This document shows positions 1 through 9,288 of a DNA stretch of 64,000 nucleotides, in pieces. A program made the translations under genes and the position numbers. The notes under the pieces are model-generated. The model did not search any database. It saw nothing but the letters and a program-made list of their open reading frames with translations, and was not told the origin of the DNA. How positions within the stretch are numbered: position 1 is the stretch's first letter; each line of letters opens with the position of its first letter. This stretch comes from an uncultured bacterium. Its GTDB lineage: Bacteria; SAR324; NAC60-12. Location: positions 1,481-65,480 of the forward strand of contig CAXGMD010000006.1 in NCBI GenBank assembly GCA_964010765.1. The letters are read 5' to 3'.

Positions 1-765
1 TCGGGACAAAAAATTAACTCAGCCACGGATGGCCCGGCTTCCCTAGTAATTTCAGAGAGTTTACGGTCCCAAATTAGTAGTTTGAAGGAAGCTGCTCAGA
101 ATAGTGAAGTAGCGGCGTCGGTAGTGCAAACTGCAGAAGGTGCGATGGACGAAGTTTCGAGACTATTGGTCAATATTCGTCAACGCGCTGTTGCTGCAGC
201 AAATACCGGTGTGAATAATGAGTTAGTTGTTGCAGCGTCACAGTCTGAGATTCAGAACGCTCTGAGTTCGATCGATCGAATTGCTCAGAACACGCAATTT
301 GGGTCCAAGCCACTATTGAATGGAACAAACCCAGAATTGGAATTTCAGATTGGTGCTGATAAAGGCAATACGCTCAAGCTGGCTTTGCCAAACATTACCA
401 CCGACAAATTGGGGATTGGTAGTTCTGAGGATGGGGGTTCGAGTTTGGCAGAGGTTGATGTTCGTACTCCGTCAGGCGCAGCATCTGCGATCAGCATTGT
501 AGATAAAGCGATCAGTGAGATTGCTAGTTCACGTGGAGAGTTAGGTGCCTTACAGCGCTCAGCCCTGCAAAGCAATTTGGTCAGCCTTCGATTAGATGCA
601 GAAAACTTGTCTGCCGCTGAATCGATAATACGCGATGCTGATGTAGCGATGGAACTTGCTGAATTTACACGTCTCCAAATCATGAATCAGTTCGCAGTCG
701 CACAAGCCGCACAAGCGAACGTACTGCCCAGAAATCTGTTGCATTTGGTTCAGTCACAGTCCTAG
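1..765 (+). CDS. fliC: Flagellin, 5'-partial: the frame is open from position 1 and the N-terminus lies upstream of the window
   Basis: Frame 1 translation from nt 1 reads SGQKINSATDGPASLVISESLRSQISSLKEAAQN... (flagellin N-terminal D0/D1 signature). The C-terminus reads ...LGALQRSALQSNLVSLRLDAENLSAAESIIRDADVAMELAEFTRLQIMNQFAVAQAAQANVLPRNLLHLV, the conserved flagellin C-terminal helix. The short type (~260 aa) has no hypervariable domain. Confidence 0.85.
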   Translation, partial: SGQKINSATDGPASLVISESLRSQISSLKEAAQNSEVAASVVQTAEGAMDEVSRLLVNIRQRAVAAANTGVNNELVVAASQSEIQNALSSIDRIAQNTQFGSKPLLNGTNPELEFQIGADKGNTLKLALPNITTDKLGIGSSEDGGSSLAEVDVRTPSGAASAISIVDKAISEIASSRGELGALQRSALQSNLVSLRLDAENLSAAESIIRDADVAMELAEFTRLQIMNQFAVAQAAQANVLPRNLLHLVQSQS

Positions 766-788
766 GGAAAGGTCTGGTTAGAACAGGT

Positions 789-2159
789 ATGTTCGCTGAT
801 ACTATCGTCGCTATTGCCACACCACTACAACCCAGTGGATTAGGAGTAATTCGTGTCAGTGGTTCTACGGCAATTACCTCGGTAGAAACCATTTTTCAGC
901 CAAGTCATGGTGGAACGGTTGCAGAATCACCGAACAGAAAGCTGAGACATGGTTGGCTGAATATAGAGGGACAGCTGGTTGATGAAGCAATGCTAGTTGT
1001 CATGCGCGGGCCACATTCCTTCACCGCAGAAGATGTGGTTGAATTGCAGTGCCATGGCAGTCCTCAGATGCTCCAGATGGTGTTGCAGCAAATTCTGATG
1101 CTGGGTGTGCGTTTGGCAGAACCCGGAGAGTTCACTCGCCGTGCATTTCTCAATGGACGACTGGACCTGACTCGTGTAGAGGCGATTGCTGACTTGATCC
1201 ATGCAGATTCGCGCATGTCGGTCCTACTCGCAGCCCAACAGCTAAGAGGACGGCTATACGAGACCATTCAGCAACTACAGGAAGAACTCATCCAGATTGC
1301 TTCGCTGATTGAAGCTTGGATTGAATTTCCAGATGAGGACGAAGAATTCACGGGTCAAACTGATTGTGAGCGCAGACTCCAGTCCTTACGCAGCAAATTG
1401 GAAGGACTGTTGCAGAAAGGTAAGCAAGGGCGTCTACTGCGCAATGGTGTGCATGTGGTTCTATGTGGTCGACCAAACGTAGGCAAATCTTCGTTGATGA
1501 ATGCCCTGCTGCGTGAAAATCGCTCGATCGTTACGGAAATTCCAGGTACAACTAGGGATGTAATTGAAGAGTCCTTAGAAATTCACCAAGTGGCTTTTCG
1601 GCTCAGCGATACTGCGGGAATACGGCAAACGGAAGATCTTGTAGAAAAGCAAGGGGTAGAGCGAACAAAAAAGGCTATTGAGCAAGCAGATCTTGTTTTG
1701 TTGCTACTCGACGGTTCTCAGGAGTTACAAGCAGAAGATCAAGAACTATTAGCAGAAGTTGAAGATAAGCCCTCCCTGATTGTGGCTACAAAAGCAGATC
1801 TGTGGGACCAAGAACTGCCGAAATGGAAAGATAGTATTCAATCTCGATGGATTCCATTTTCGGTCCATCAGGTAGGAAAGCTAGAGGAACTGGAAGAAGC
1901 TCTCTACCACAACAGCATTTCAGAAAATGCTCCGCCTTTGGAAGAATCCTGGTTGACAAATCTGCGTCAACAGGCAGCGGTCGAAAAAGTATCGGAGAGT
2001 TTGGAGATATCACAAAATCTTCTTCAGCAGCGGACAGGTGAAGAATTCGTGGCTGCTGAACTGCGGAGAGCCTTAAACGCACTTGGTGATATAGTTGGGC
2101 AAACGACAGCAGATGATTTGCTGAGTCGGGTTTTCGCGGAGTTCTGTATTGGCAAATGA
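789..2159 (+). CDS. mnmE: tRNA uridine-5-carboxymethylaminomethyl modification GTPase MnmE/TrmE
   Basis: 456 aa. G-domain motifs present (GRPNVGKSSL, DTAGIR, ATKADL). Ends in the MnmE-specific C-terminal motif CIGK. Confidence 0.9.
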   Translation: MFADTIVAIATPLQPSGLGVIRVSGSTAITSVETIFQPSHGGTVAESPNRKLRHGWLNIEGQLVDEAMLVVMRGPHSFTAEDVVELQCHGSPQMLQMVLQQILMLGVRLAEPGEFTRRAFLNGRLDLTRVEAIADLIHADSRMSVLLAAQQLRGRLYETIQQLQEELIQIASLIEAWIEFPDEDEEFTGQTDCERRLQSLRSKLEGLLQKGKQGRLLRNGVHVVLCGRPNVGKSSLMNALLRENRSIVTEIPGTTRDVIEESLEIHQVAFRLSDTAGIRQTEDLVEKQGVERTKKAIEQADLVLLLLDGSQELQAEDQELLAEVEDKPSLIVATKADLWDQELPKWKDSIQSRWIPFSVHQVGKLEELEEALYHNSISENAPPLEESWLTNLRQQAAVEKVSESLEISQNLLQQRTGEEFVAAELRRALNALGDIVGQTTADDLLSRVFAEFCIGK

Positions 2160-2562
2160 TAGGCTGCAGCACAGTGATGGAATGTTGTTGCTACAGAAAA
2201 AACGCGCACTGTTGCGGCGATGGGATGTGCTAGCGCAGCAGCAGCTGGCATTGTCACACCTTGACGATGCCTTACCGCTACTAGAGGCAAAAGAAGATTG
2301 TCTGGAGGACCTGCAGCGTATCGACTCACTATTAGAGGATTGGGATCAAAGCTTCCCAACTAAACTAGATGAAATTTTGGAGCCCCAAGGCTTACAGCGT
2401 TTGTTAGAAAAAATCAGTAGAGCTGAGCAGGAATTCGCAAGACGTGTTGCGCAGGAACGTAATGTGACAATTACTGAAATCAAAACCTTGCTCCAGCAAT
2501 TGAGTTATGGTGCGGTGAAAAGCAATCGCCCACAACCACGACGTCGCAAGACTATTTTCTGA
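2149..2562 (+). CDS. Hypothetical protein whose start overlaps the mnmE stop (translationally coupled)
   Basis: 137-aa ORF overlapping the mnmE end by 11 nt. Helical, Leu/Gln-rich, no recognisable motif. Confidence 0.4.
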   Translation: MANDRLQHSDGMLLLQKKRALLRRWDVLAQQQLALSHLDDALPLLEAKEDCLEDLQRIDSLLEDWDQSFPTKLDEILEPQGLQRLLEKISRAEQEFARRVAQERNVTITEIKTLLQQLSYGAVKSNRPQPRRRKTIF

Positions 2563-2572
2563 GGATCATCCA

Positions 2573-3121
2573 ATGCGGCTGACAGTCAATCAGGTAGAGC
2601 ATATTTTGGAGCGTTGGCATCGTCTACGACGTGGCAATCATGTGCATTTTGGTTCTTCTGACCCAACTCGCTTGACCAGCGAAGCACGCCGTGAAGCTCA
2701 GCAATATGTTGCAGCTAACTCAACCGTTGACACTGGAATCACTCCAAGAAATATTTTGGAGCGCATTAGCGACTTCCAGGTCCCAGACCCAGCCATTGAT
2801 TATGCAGAACAGCGTCGAGCAGGACAGTTTCTAGATCCACCTTACATACCATCTATCAGTCCACCCGCCATCCCCAAGCTTCAAGATCGTGTTCGCAGGC
2901 TTCAGGAACTACGAGAACGCAATGCGCAACGGCGCCAGCGGACTATTGAGGACCTCGCCTCGCGCTCTACTATTACCTTAACCACTGAGGTTGTAACAGA
3001 GAATCTGGGCCATTCTGAATCAAAGCAATTACACTCAAATCAGATGGCCAACGGATTGGCTCGTCCTTTCCAGCAGCATGAGCAGCATGTAGAAGGCGTT
3101 GCTTCCCATTCCAAACCGTGA
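2573..3121 (+). CDS. Hypothetical protein
   Basis: 182-aa ORF, 10 nt after the previous stop. Arg/Gln-rich, no recognisable domain. Confidence 0.35.
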   Translation: MRLTVNQVEHILERWHRLRRGNHVHFGSSDPTRLTSEARREAQQYVAANSTVDTGITPRNILERISDFQVPDPAIDYAEQRRAGQFLDPPYIPSISPPAIPKLQDRVRRLQELRERNAQRRQRTIEDLASRSTITLTTEVVTENLGHSESKQLHSNQMANGLARPFQQHEQHVEGVASHSKP

Positions 3122-3161
3122 GATGCTCTGACGACAATCCCTTCACACATGAGATCAATGT

Positions 3162-3692
3162 TTGGAGAATTCCATGTCGTCAGATGCTAGATTTCAATCC
3201 CTCCAAATCGCAGTATTGACTGTCAGTGACACTCGTACTGTAGCCAATGATACTTCCGGTGATTATCTCAGTGAACAACTACAGCAAGCCGGGCATCGGC
3301 TAATCGCTCGTAATTTGATTCCTGATGATATCTATCAACTCCGGGCGGTCGTTTCCCAGTGGATTGCTGATCCAAGCGTTGAAATTATTTTGACTACGGG
3401 AGGGACAGGTTTGACGGGGCGAGATGGCACACCAGAAGCACTGGTTCCCCTCTTTGATAAAACCATTGAGGGTTTCGGTGAACTCTTCCGCTATCTCTCC
3501 TTTCAGGAAATTGACACATCCACCGTACAATCCCGGGCAGTTGCAGGAGTGGCGAACGGGACCTATCTTTTCTGCTTGCCAGGTTCAACAGGAGCTTGTC
3601 GACTAGGCTGGGAAAAAATTCTGTGTTCTCAGTTAGACGCAAGTCACCGCCCCTGTAACTTTGCAGAGTTGATCCCACGCCTCAAGGAATGA
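3162..3692 (+). CDS. moaB: Molybdenum cofactor biosynthesis protein MoaB/MogA family
   Basis: LTVSDTR...GGTGLTGRDGTPEA is the MogA/MoaB GGTG motif. 176 aa. Confidence 0.75.
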   Translation: MENSMSSDARFQSLQIAVLTVSDTRTVANDTSGDYLSEQLQQAGHRLIARNLIPDDIYQLRAVVSQWIADPSVEIILTTGGTGLTGRDGTPEALVPLFDKTIEGFGELFRYLSFQEIDTSTVQSRAVAGVANGTYLFCLPGSTGACRLGWEKILCSQLDASHRPCNFAELIPRLKE

Positions 3693-3741
3693 TCCTTGCT
3701 GAAACTGCAAAGTCTTTCCCCAGAGTCACAGAGATTAGACT

Positions 3742-4911
3742 ATGCTGACACTTTCAGAAGCTGCCGAACAACTTGGAATCAGTCGCGCTGCCTTAGATAA
3801 TTGGATCAAGCGCCTTGAAATTGAAAAGAAAAAAGAAGGACGGATTGGGCTCACTGCCAAGGAGGTTGAGCAGATCCGAAAACAGCGGCGTAGCAACTCA
3901 CGCCGACGTGACACCAATACAACTGTAACTAACAGTAGCGGGATAGCCTCAGCTTTTGTTGAACAAGAACTGAAAGAACTCAAACAGTTTCGCGAACAGT
4001 TACAAGGTCTGAGTGAAGAACGCCTGCAATGGCAGAAAGAGCGTTTGCAGTATCTTGAGCGGGACGCGTCCAGCCGAAAAGAACTACAAAGTTGGGAAGC
4101 GCGCTTTGTAGAAACACAGCGTCGTGCAGATTGGTTGCAGGAGCAACTAGATTCCAATAGTCGCGAAAAAACAGGGCTGCTCAAACAAGCAGATCAATTC
4201 CAGCAACTGCTCCTGCAGAAAGAGCGCTCACTACAGAGGATACTGGAAGAAAAACAGGAACTGCAGCAACGATTACACCTGCTGGAAGAACAGGCTACTT
4301 CAGAAACTTCCGAGGTAGAAACTCTGCCAGTTGCTGAGGAACCCTCTTCTGTAGATCATGAAGAAGAACTTCTGATAGAAACAGAGTTCTCTACTTCATT
4401 CTCTATCGAGACAAGTGCAGCAGAGGAAGAGGAACTAGAAAGTCAAGAGGAACTTAATGATACTGAGGAAGTTCCTGAAAATTCTGTGGAACTCGAAGAT
4501 GACGAAGCAGATTTGATGCTTTTCGATGAGCTGGAAGATGATGAAGAAGTCTCTAATGAGTTTTCAGCAGAAGAAGAATCTATTGAAGTTGATATTTTCG
4601 AAGAGATGGCTCCAGTAGAAGCAGAGTCTGCATTAGAAACACCAGCTGCAGATTCCGATGATGTAGAAGACGGATGGGATCAGGAAAAGAAGCGCCAGTT
4701 TTCAGAATTTGCAGACTTGCTTGACGAGTTGGAAGCTCAAGTTGCAAGACGCTACCTGGGGTTTGGAGAGGATCGCCAATCGTTGGAATCCATTGCATTT
4801 GCCCTGAGCATCCCTGTCTCAGAAGCACGTCAAGTAGCTGGTCGTGCTGTCCTAAAAATCCGTTCTTACCATTTGCAACTTCGCCAGTCTGGCCCCTCTG
4901 TTGATGCCTGA
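3742..4911 (+). CDS. Coiled-coil acidic protein with an N-terminal MerR/excisionase-like HTH and a C-terminal sigma-70 region-4-like HTH
   Basis: N-terminus LTLSEAAEQLGISRAALDNWIKR (HTH). A long Q/E/L-rich coiled coil, then an acidic D/E stretch. C-terminus ARRYLGFGEDRQSLESIAFALSIPVSEARQVAGRAVLKIR follows the sigma-70 r4 pattern (R..GF...LE.I....S..ARQ...A..K.R). Confidence 0.5.
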   Translation: MLTLSEAAEQLGISRAALDNWIKRLEIEKKKEGRIGLTAKEVEQIRKQRRSNSRRRDTNTTVTNSSGIASAFVEQELKELKQFREQLQGLSEERLQWQKERLQYLERDASSRKELQSWEARFVETQRRADWLQEQLDSNSREKTGLLKQADQFQQLLLQKERSLQRILEEKQELQQRLHLLEEQATSETSEVETLPVAEEPSSVDHEEELLIETEFSTSFSIETSAAEEEELESQEELNDTEEVPENSVELEDDEADLMLFDELEDDEEVSNEFSAEEESIEVDIFEEMAPVEAESALETPAADSDDVEDGWDQEKKRQFSEFADLLDELEAQVARRYLGFGEDRQSLESIAFALSIPVSEARQVAGRAVLKIRSYHLQLRQSGPSVDA

Positions 4912-7048
4912 TGACTCTTCGCCGGAGCTCTCGCTCTTTCCTCCTCTTGTTGAAACACGTTCCCAATTAGAAAAACTGGCTGAGCTGCTTCAATGGAAGG
5001 ATGCTCCCCAACTGGGCCATTGGCAGGCAACCTTGCAACATGCAGAAGCTAGGCTGCAGCAAGCAAAAGTCCGGATTGCCGTATTGGGTGCTGTCAAATC
5101 TGGTAAGTCCACGCTACTTAATGCCTTGTTGGGGGCAGATCGCCTCCGCCGTGGGGCTGGCATTCTCACGTCGATTGTCACCCGGATTCAGCCTGGGGAG
5201 ATCAGTCGAGCGCATTTGAGATTCAAATCCAAATCGTTACTTGATCGCCAATTTCAAGCTGCCCTAGCTTTCTTACAATCGTCAGATTCATCTTTCCCTT
5301 CCTGCGAACTAGATCACGCCTCAGAACGTCAATCCTTGCTTCATTGGCTGGATGAACAACCTGTTGCAGAAGACAAAGCTCATTTTGGTGAGGAGCGTGC
5401 TTTCCTGAGAGCGTGCTTAGTCGGCTATTCTGAGGCTGCAGGCTATCTTAGTAATTCCACGCGGGTACAAACTTGGTCTGGTGAGGAAAGTGATCAACAC
5501 CAAGCTTGGGTTGAGCAAGACGCTCGGGCAGTTTTTTTGAAAGATCTTCTACTCGAAGAACCAGGTTGGACCTGGCAAGGCACTGAGATTGCGGATTGTC
5601 AGGGGAGCGATTCACCAAACCCTCTCCATTTTGCGCAGGTGCAGGAATATGCTTCACGCAGCAACCTGCTCATTTATGTAATCAGTTCCAGAATTGGCAT
5701 TCGTCAAGCAGACGTGCGCCTCTTGCGTAACCTACATCAGCTTGGCTTGGCAGATCAGATCATCTTTGTAATCAACTTAGATCTCAACGAGCATGAGGAA
5801 CAAGCCGATGTAGATCGCATTACAGAACAGATTCTGCGAGATCTACGTCAATTTGGTTGGCAACAGCCTCACTATTTTACATTCTCAGCGTTGCATTTGT
5901 TGTTGCAACGTAAGTTAGAACTTACAACTCGTGAACAAAAGCAACTCGAATTTTGGCAAAATCACTCCGTTTTTCAGATCAGTGCAACTGCTTGGAAAAT
6001 GTTTCAGGAGGAACTCCATCTAAGGTTGGTACATCAGCAATCACAGACACTACTAGCAGGAGAATGGACACATTGGCAGAGATTGCATCATCAAGTGTCC
6101 GAATTTGTTGAACGGTTACAGGTAACGCTTTCTACGGAGAATCTAGACTGGGAAGAATGGCAAAGTGAACTCCAGCATCGTCAGCGATATTTGCGCTATC
6201 ATGAACAAAATCTGCGGCATACTCTGAAGGGCGGAGAGAAACAGTGGAGGCAGCATATTGACTATGGCGTTCGGGCGTTATTTGACCGCCAAGAAGGCAA
6301 GGTTTGGAGTAGCTTGGATCGATTTCTCAGGCAAGTGGAACTGACGCCACCAAAGGATGACTTCTCACCAAACATACAAAGCATGCTCTGGGTGCAAGAA
6401 GTTCGAGAAAAACTGCTGCGTTGGGTCGTGGACGAAATCAATGTGTCCCTGTTGCCAGAAATAGCAAGATTACGCAGTGAAATAACAATGCTGATCAATC
6501 AAGCTGTAGAACCGTTCTTTGAGATTCTAGACGAACTACAACAAAGAGAGTATCAACTTCATAGCCGATTGCAGAAGGGTTCGTTATCATCTACTGAAAG
6601 TCCTAAAGTATACTGGCAATTTCCAGAGGTTGAACCGATTTCATTTACGACTACGTTGGCGTTTCAAACTCCAGAGCAACTGCGTAGTTGGTTACTTTAT
6701 GGTCAGAGTTGGTTCCGCACCCTTTGGCGTAAGGAGCGAAATCTTCAGGCGGAGTTTCATCAGCAAAGCCAGCGTGAGTTAGAGCGTCAGTTGCGAGAGA
6801 ACTTAGATTTTGATGTGTTGAATTATCAGGAAAACTTAAAATACCGATATCTTTGGTCTGGGACTCAACAACTGCTAGAGACCATTTTGGTTTGTTGGCA
6901 AGAATCAGCTCGAGGTTGCCAAACAGACCTGAGTGGTGTGCTAGAACAATTGGAGAGATTACGCTCTGAGCGAAAGCAACTAATGCCTTTGCTGGCGCAA
7001 TGGCAGAGTAATTGGGAAAAACTCAACATCAGGTTGCCGCCCGAATAG
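4901..7048 (+). CDS. Bacterial dynamin-like GTPase (BDLP family)
   Basis: 715 aa. N-terminal Dynamin_N G-domain: KVRIAVLGAVKSGKSTLLNALLG (P-loop) ... D..G. Long helical stalk. Start overlaps the upstream gene by 11 nt. Confidence 0.7.
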   Translation: MMPDDSSPELSLFPPLVETRSQLEKLAELLQWKDAPQLGHWQATLQHAEARLQQAKVRIAVLGAVKSGKSTLLNALLGADRLRRGAGILTSIVTRIQPGEISRAHLRFKSKSLLDRQFQAALAFLQSSDSSFPSCELDHASERQSLLHWLDEQPVAEDKAHFGEERAFLRACLVGYSEAAGYLSNSTRVQTWSGEESDQHQAWVEQDARAVFLKDLLLEEPGWTWQGTEIADCQGSDSPNPLHFAQVQEYASRSNLLIYVISSRIGIRQADVRLLRNLHQLGLADQIIFVINLDLNEHEEQADVDRITEQILRDLRQFGWQQPHYFTFSALHLLLQRKLELTTREQKQLEFWQNHSVFQISATAWKMFQEELHLRLVHQQSQTLLAGEWTHWQRLHHQVSEFVERLQVTLSTENLDWEEWQSELQHRQRYLRYHEQNLRHTLKGGEKQWRQHIDYGVRALFDRQEGKVWSSLDRFLRQVELTPPKDDFSPNIQSMLWVQEVREKLLRWVVDEINVSLLPEIARLRSEITMLINQAVEPFFEILDELQQREYQLHSRLQKGSLSSTESPKVYWQFPEVEPISFTTTLAFQTPEQLRSWLLYGQSWFRTLWRKERNLQAEFHQQSQRELERQLRENLDFDVLNYQENLKYRYLWSGTQQLLETILVCWQESARGCQTDLSGVLEQLERLRSERKQLMPLLAQWQSNWEKLNIRLPPE

Positions 7049-7110
7049 CTTTGCTAGAAAAGAGGCAGCCCCAAAAATTTTAAAATCAATCGGATGAGGA
7101 GGCTTTACGT

Positions 7111-7707
7111 ATGTTACGTTGTTTTTTTGATGTAGACGGAGTGGTGCTAGATTTTGAGAGTGCTTATCTACGTGTGATTAGTGCTTACTTTCAACTGGAT
7201 CTCCCTGAAAATTTTCAAACTACCCGTTGGGATTTCAGCGAACTTTTGACCGAACAACAGCAACTCGAAGGTTGGGAGTATTTTGTCAACAGTAATGCCT
7301 TTCGAGAGTTGAAAAGTTTGGTCCCTGCGCCCAGATTTAACGAGGTTTTTGGGGCATATCCCGTGCATTTCGTGACCAACATCCCGCCTGAACATATGGA
7401 TGCTCGACGCGAGAATCTAAACCAAGTGGGATACCGCTTTGAGTCCGTGCATCCAGGTGGATTTCTCTCGTTCAATGAGCAACCACCACGTACAAAATCT
7501 CAGGTGATTGCTGATCTGGTTCAGGATGGAGAACAGATCCTATTCGTGGATGATCACCCACGGAACTGTGTTGATGTGAAAGAGAACTTTCCCGAGGCTT
7601 GGGTTTGGTTGATGAGCCGACCGTTTAATCAGGATTTTGAACATCCAACGATTCAGCGAGCCAAGCACTGGGAACAAGTTTTAAAGTCCCTTCCTAAAGT
7701 CCCCTAA
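7111..7707 (+). CDS. HAD-superfamily hydrolase-like protein
   Basis: N-terminal FFDVDGVVLDFE (DxDG HAD motif I) and C-terminal FVDDHPRNC (motif IV-like). 198 aa. Confidence 0.5.
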   Translation: MLRCFFDVDGVVLDFESAYLRVISAYFQLDLPENFQTTRWDFSELLTEQQQLEGWEYFVNSNAFRELKSLVPAPRFNEVFGAYPVHFVTNIPPEHMDARRENLNQVGYRFESVHPGGFLSFNEQPPRTKSQVIADLVQDGEQILFVDDHPRNCVDVKENFPEAWVWLMSRPFNQDFEHPTIQRAKHWEQVLKSLPKVP

Positions 7708-7726
7708 TCCTGACGGACAAATACGA

Positions 7727-8707
7727 ATGCTGCCTTCACTCTACCAAATGCTGCGGCAAGTTCTGATATCTCTCACCCTACTAATCGTTGTAATGATTGG
7801 GTTGGCCTCTGCCCAGCAACAAGAGCAACAACAGCAGAACCAGCAGGCTCAACCTGGCAATATGGGTGGCATCTATCGATTGAGTTTTTTTGAATTCGAT
7901 GTGCTGACTTTCCGAGAAGGAAAAGATCATGTTTTCTATCAAATGACTGGTTTCAGAGGCTTTGATGGGGGAAGTGGAGCTCGAAATCTATCGGTAGATT
8001 GGAACTACGAGAAGATGTTGTTAATGGGTGGAGACATTGACGGTCATGAAAAAGTGGAAAGTGAGGTTGAACAAATTCTACATAGCTTACCTCCCTTCTC
8101 AATCGAATATATTGTTCCTTTCCAACTTGGTTTCGCTGAATCTGCGATCAGCGTCATGGGAGGCTATACTCAGACATACTTGACAGATCAGTCTGGTAAA
8201 AATCCACAGAAAGAAAACAACAGTGCGATCTATCCGCTGATTCGACTGCGCTCCCATTACTACATTTTTGGAGGTTCTGTTTACCTGACTGGAATGCCAG
8301 AGCCAAGAAGTACTGATATTTTCTTTGGGATTGGATTGATGCGCATTGAGAGTACTCTCAGGGCAGGAATTAGAAGGGCTTCTATTTTGGGAGATGTAAG
8401 TGAACCTGAACCTTGGGAAACTAGATATAATTTAGGAGGTGAAGCAGTGACAGAATTGAGTGCTTCGCAAGGAGTGGTCTTTTTTCAGCGTGCTGGCATA
8501 ACAGTGAATGGAGAGAATTACGGATTTAACTTAGATTTTCTTTTCACTGGGGATACAGGTGTGATTGACAATCCTTATGCAGATGGGATTGGACCGATCC
8601 CACGTGAGGACTTTAAATATGTGACTTACATGTCGACAGAAGTGCCGGACCGCGTTCACCTACGTGGGGTGTTGATGAGAGCAGCAATCACCTATACCTT
8701 CTACTAG
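7727..8707 (+). CDS. Putative outer-membrane beta-barrel protein (secreted)
   Basis: Signal peptide LISLTLLIVVMIGLASA, a polyQ stretch, and a C-terminal ...ITYTFY aromatic terminus typical of OMPs. Confidence 0.45.
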   Translation: MLPSLYQMLRQVLISLTLLIVVMIGLASAQQQEQQQQNQQAQPGNMGGIYRLSFFEFDVLTFREGKDHVFYQMTGFRGFDGGSGARNLSVDWNYEKMLLMGGDIDGHEKVESEVEQILHSLPPFSIEYIVPFQLGFAESAISVMGGYTQTYLTDQSGKNPQKENNSAIYPLIRLRSHYYIFGGSVYLTGMPEPRSTDIFFGIGLMRIESTLRAGIRRASILGDVSEPEPWETRYNLGGEAVTELSASQGVVFFQRAGITVNGENYGFNLDFLFTGDTGVIDNPYADGIGPIPREDFKYVTYMSTEVPDRVHLRGVLMRAAITYTFY

Positions 8708-8764
8708 AATTATCTAGCCTTTTCTCTCACATCTTACCTGAAGACGTAAGGTTCTTAAGATCGA

Positions 8765-9164
8765 TTATCCGTTGATGCAGAGAACGGCGGATTCAAACTC
8801 GAATTCTTGTTCGCTAGCGATATCAAAGCAATCAATCATTCCAATACCGACGGCATCAGAACGATCTCTTGTAATCGACTGGACAAAGCGTTGATCTCGG
8901 TCAACAAGCCAAGTTGGGTGCATTTGTCCAGCAAATGAATGAGAACTTCCGTCCAGCACGCCTTCTACTAACACTTCAAGCTCCACTAGCTAGTTGTTCT
9001 TCCAACATCGTCTCGTAAAATGCGTCACGCATCACGTTGATAATAAGTAATTCATTGCAGGTTATGGCCTGCTCTTCCAGCACATCCAAGCCTTGCGATA
9101 TCGTCAGTTGCTGACGCGTCAGGCTTTCCAGTTTGCCAACCATCTCTCGCAAAGTCAGTGACAT
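8765..9164 (-). pseudogene. Two overlapping small ORFs (62 aa + 73 aa) that read as one ~135-aa gene interrupted by a -1 frameshift; possibly a pseudogene or a programmed shift
   Basis: ORF 9164..8976 ends ...MLEEQLASGA*. ORF 8986..8765 starts on GTG (VELEVLVEG...) in the adjacent frame with an 11-nt overlap. No family recognised. Confidence 0.3.
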
Positions 9165-9217
9165 CCTAACCTCCTTATTCGGTTTACGTCAGGGACCCGG
9201 GAAATTGTACATCTGAA

Positions 9218-9244
9218 GATCGAACCGTGGGCTTGTGTTCGATC
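9218..9244. terminator. Hairpin gatcgaac-N11-gttcgatc between convergent/adjacent genes, followed by attttctct on the + strand
   Basis: 8-bp perfect inverted repeat seen directly. Lies 45 nt past the stop of the minus-strand cytochrome gene. Confidence 0.35.
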
Positions 9245-9288
9245 ATTTTCTCTACCTTCTGCAGAGGGTGTGCCAAAAAATAGAAAAT

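Noticed and set aside
4580-4966. 128-aa antisense ORF inside the coiled-coil gene, plus other 60-110 aa ORFs nested in mnmE, the dynamin gene, metG, nuoH etc.
   Set aside because: They are fully embedded in well-supported genes on the other strand or frame, with no start signals. They are typical GC-rich frame noise.
7800-7860. CAG/CAA-rich tract (polyQ: QQQEQQQQNQQAQ)
   Set aside because: It is an in-frame low-complexity coding segment of the OMP gene, not a CRISPR or other non-coding repeat array.
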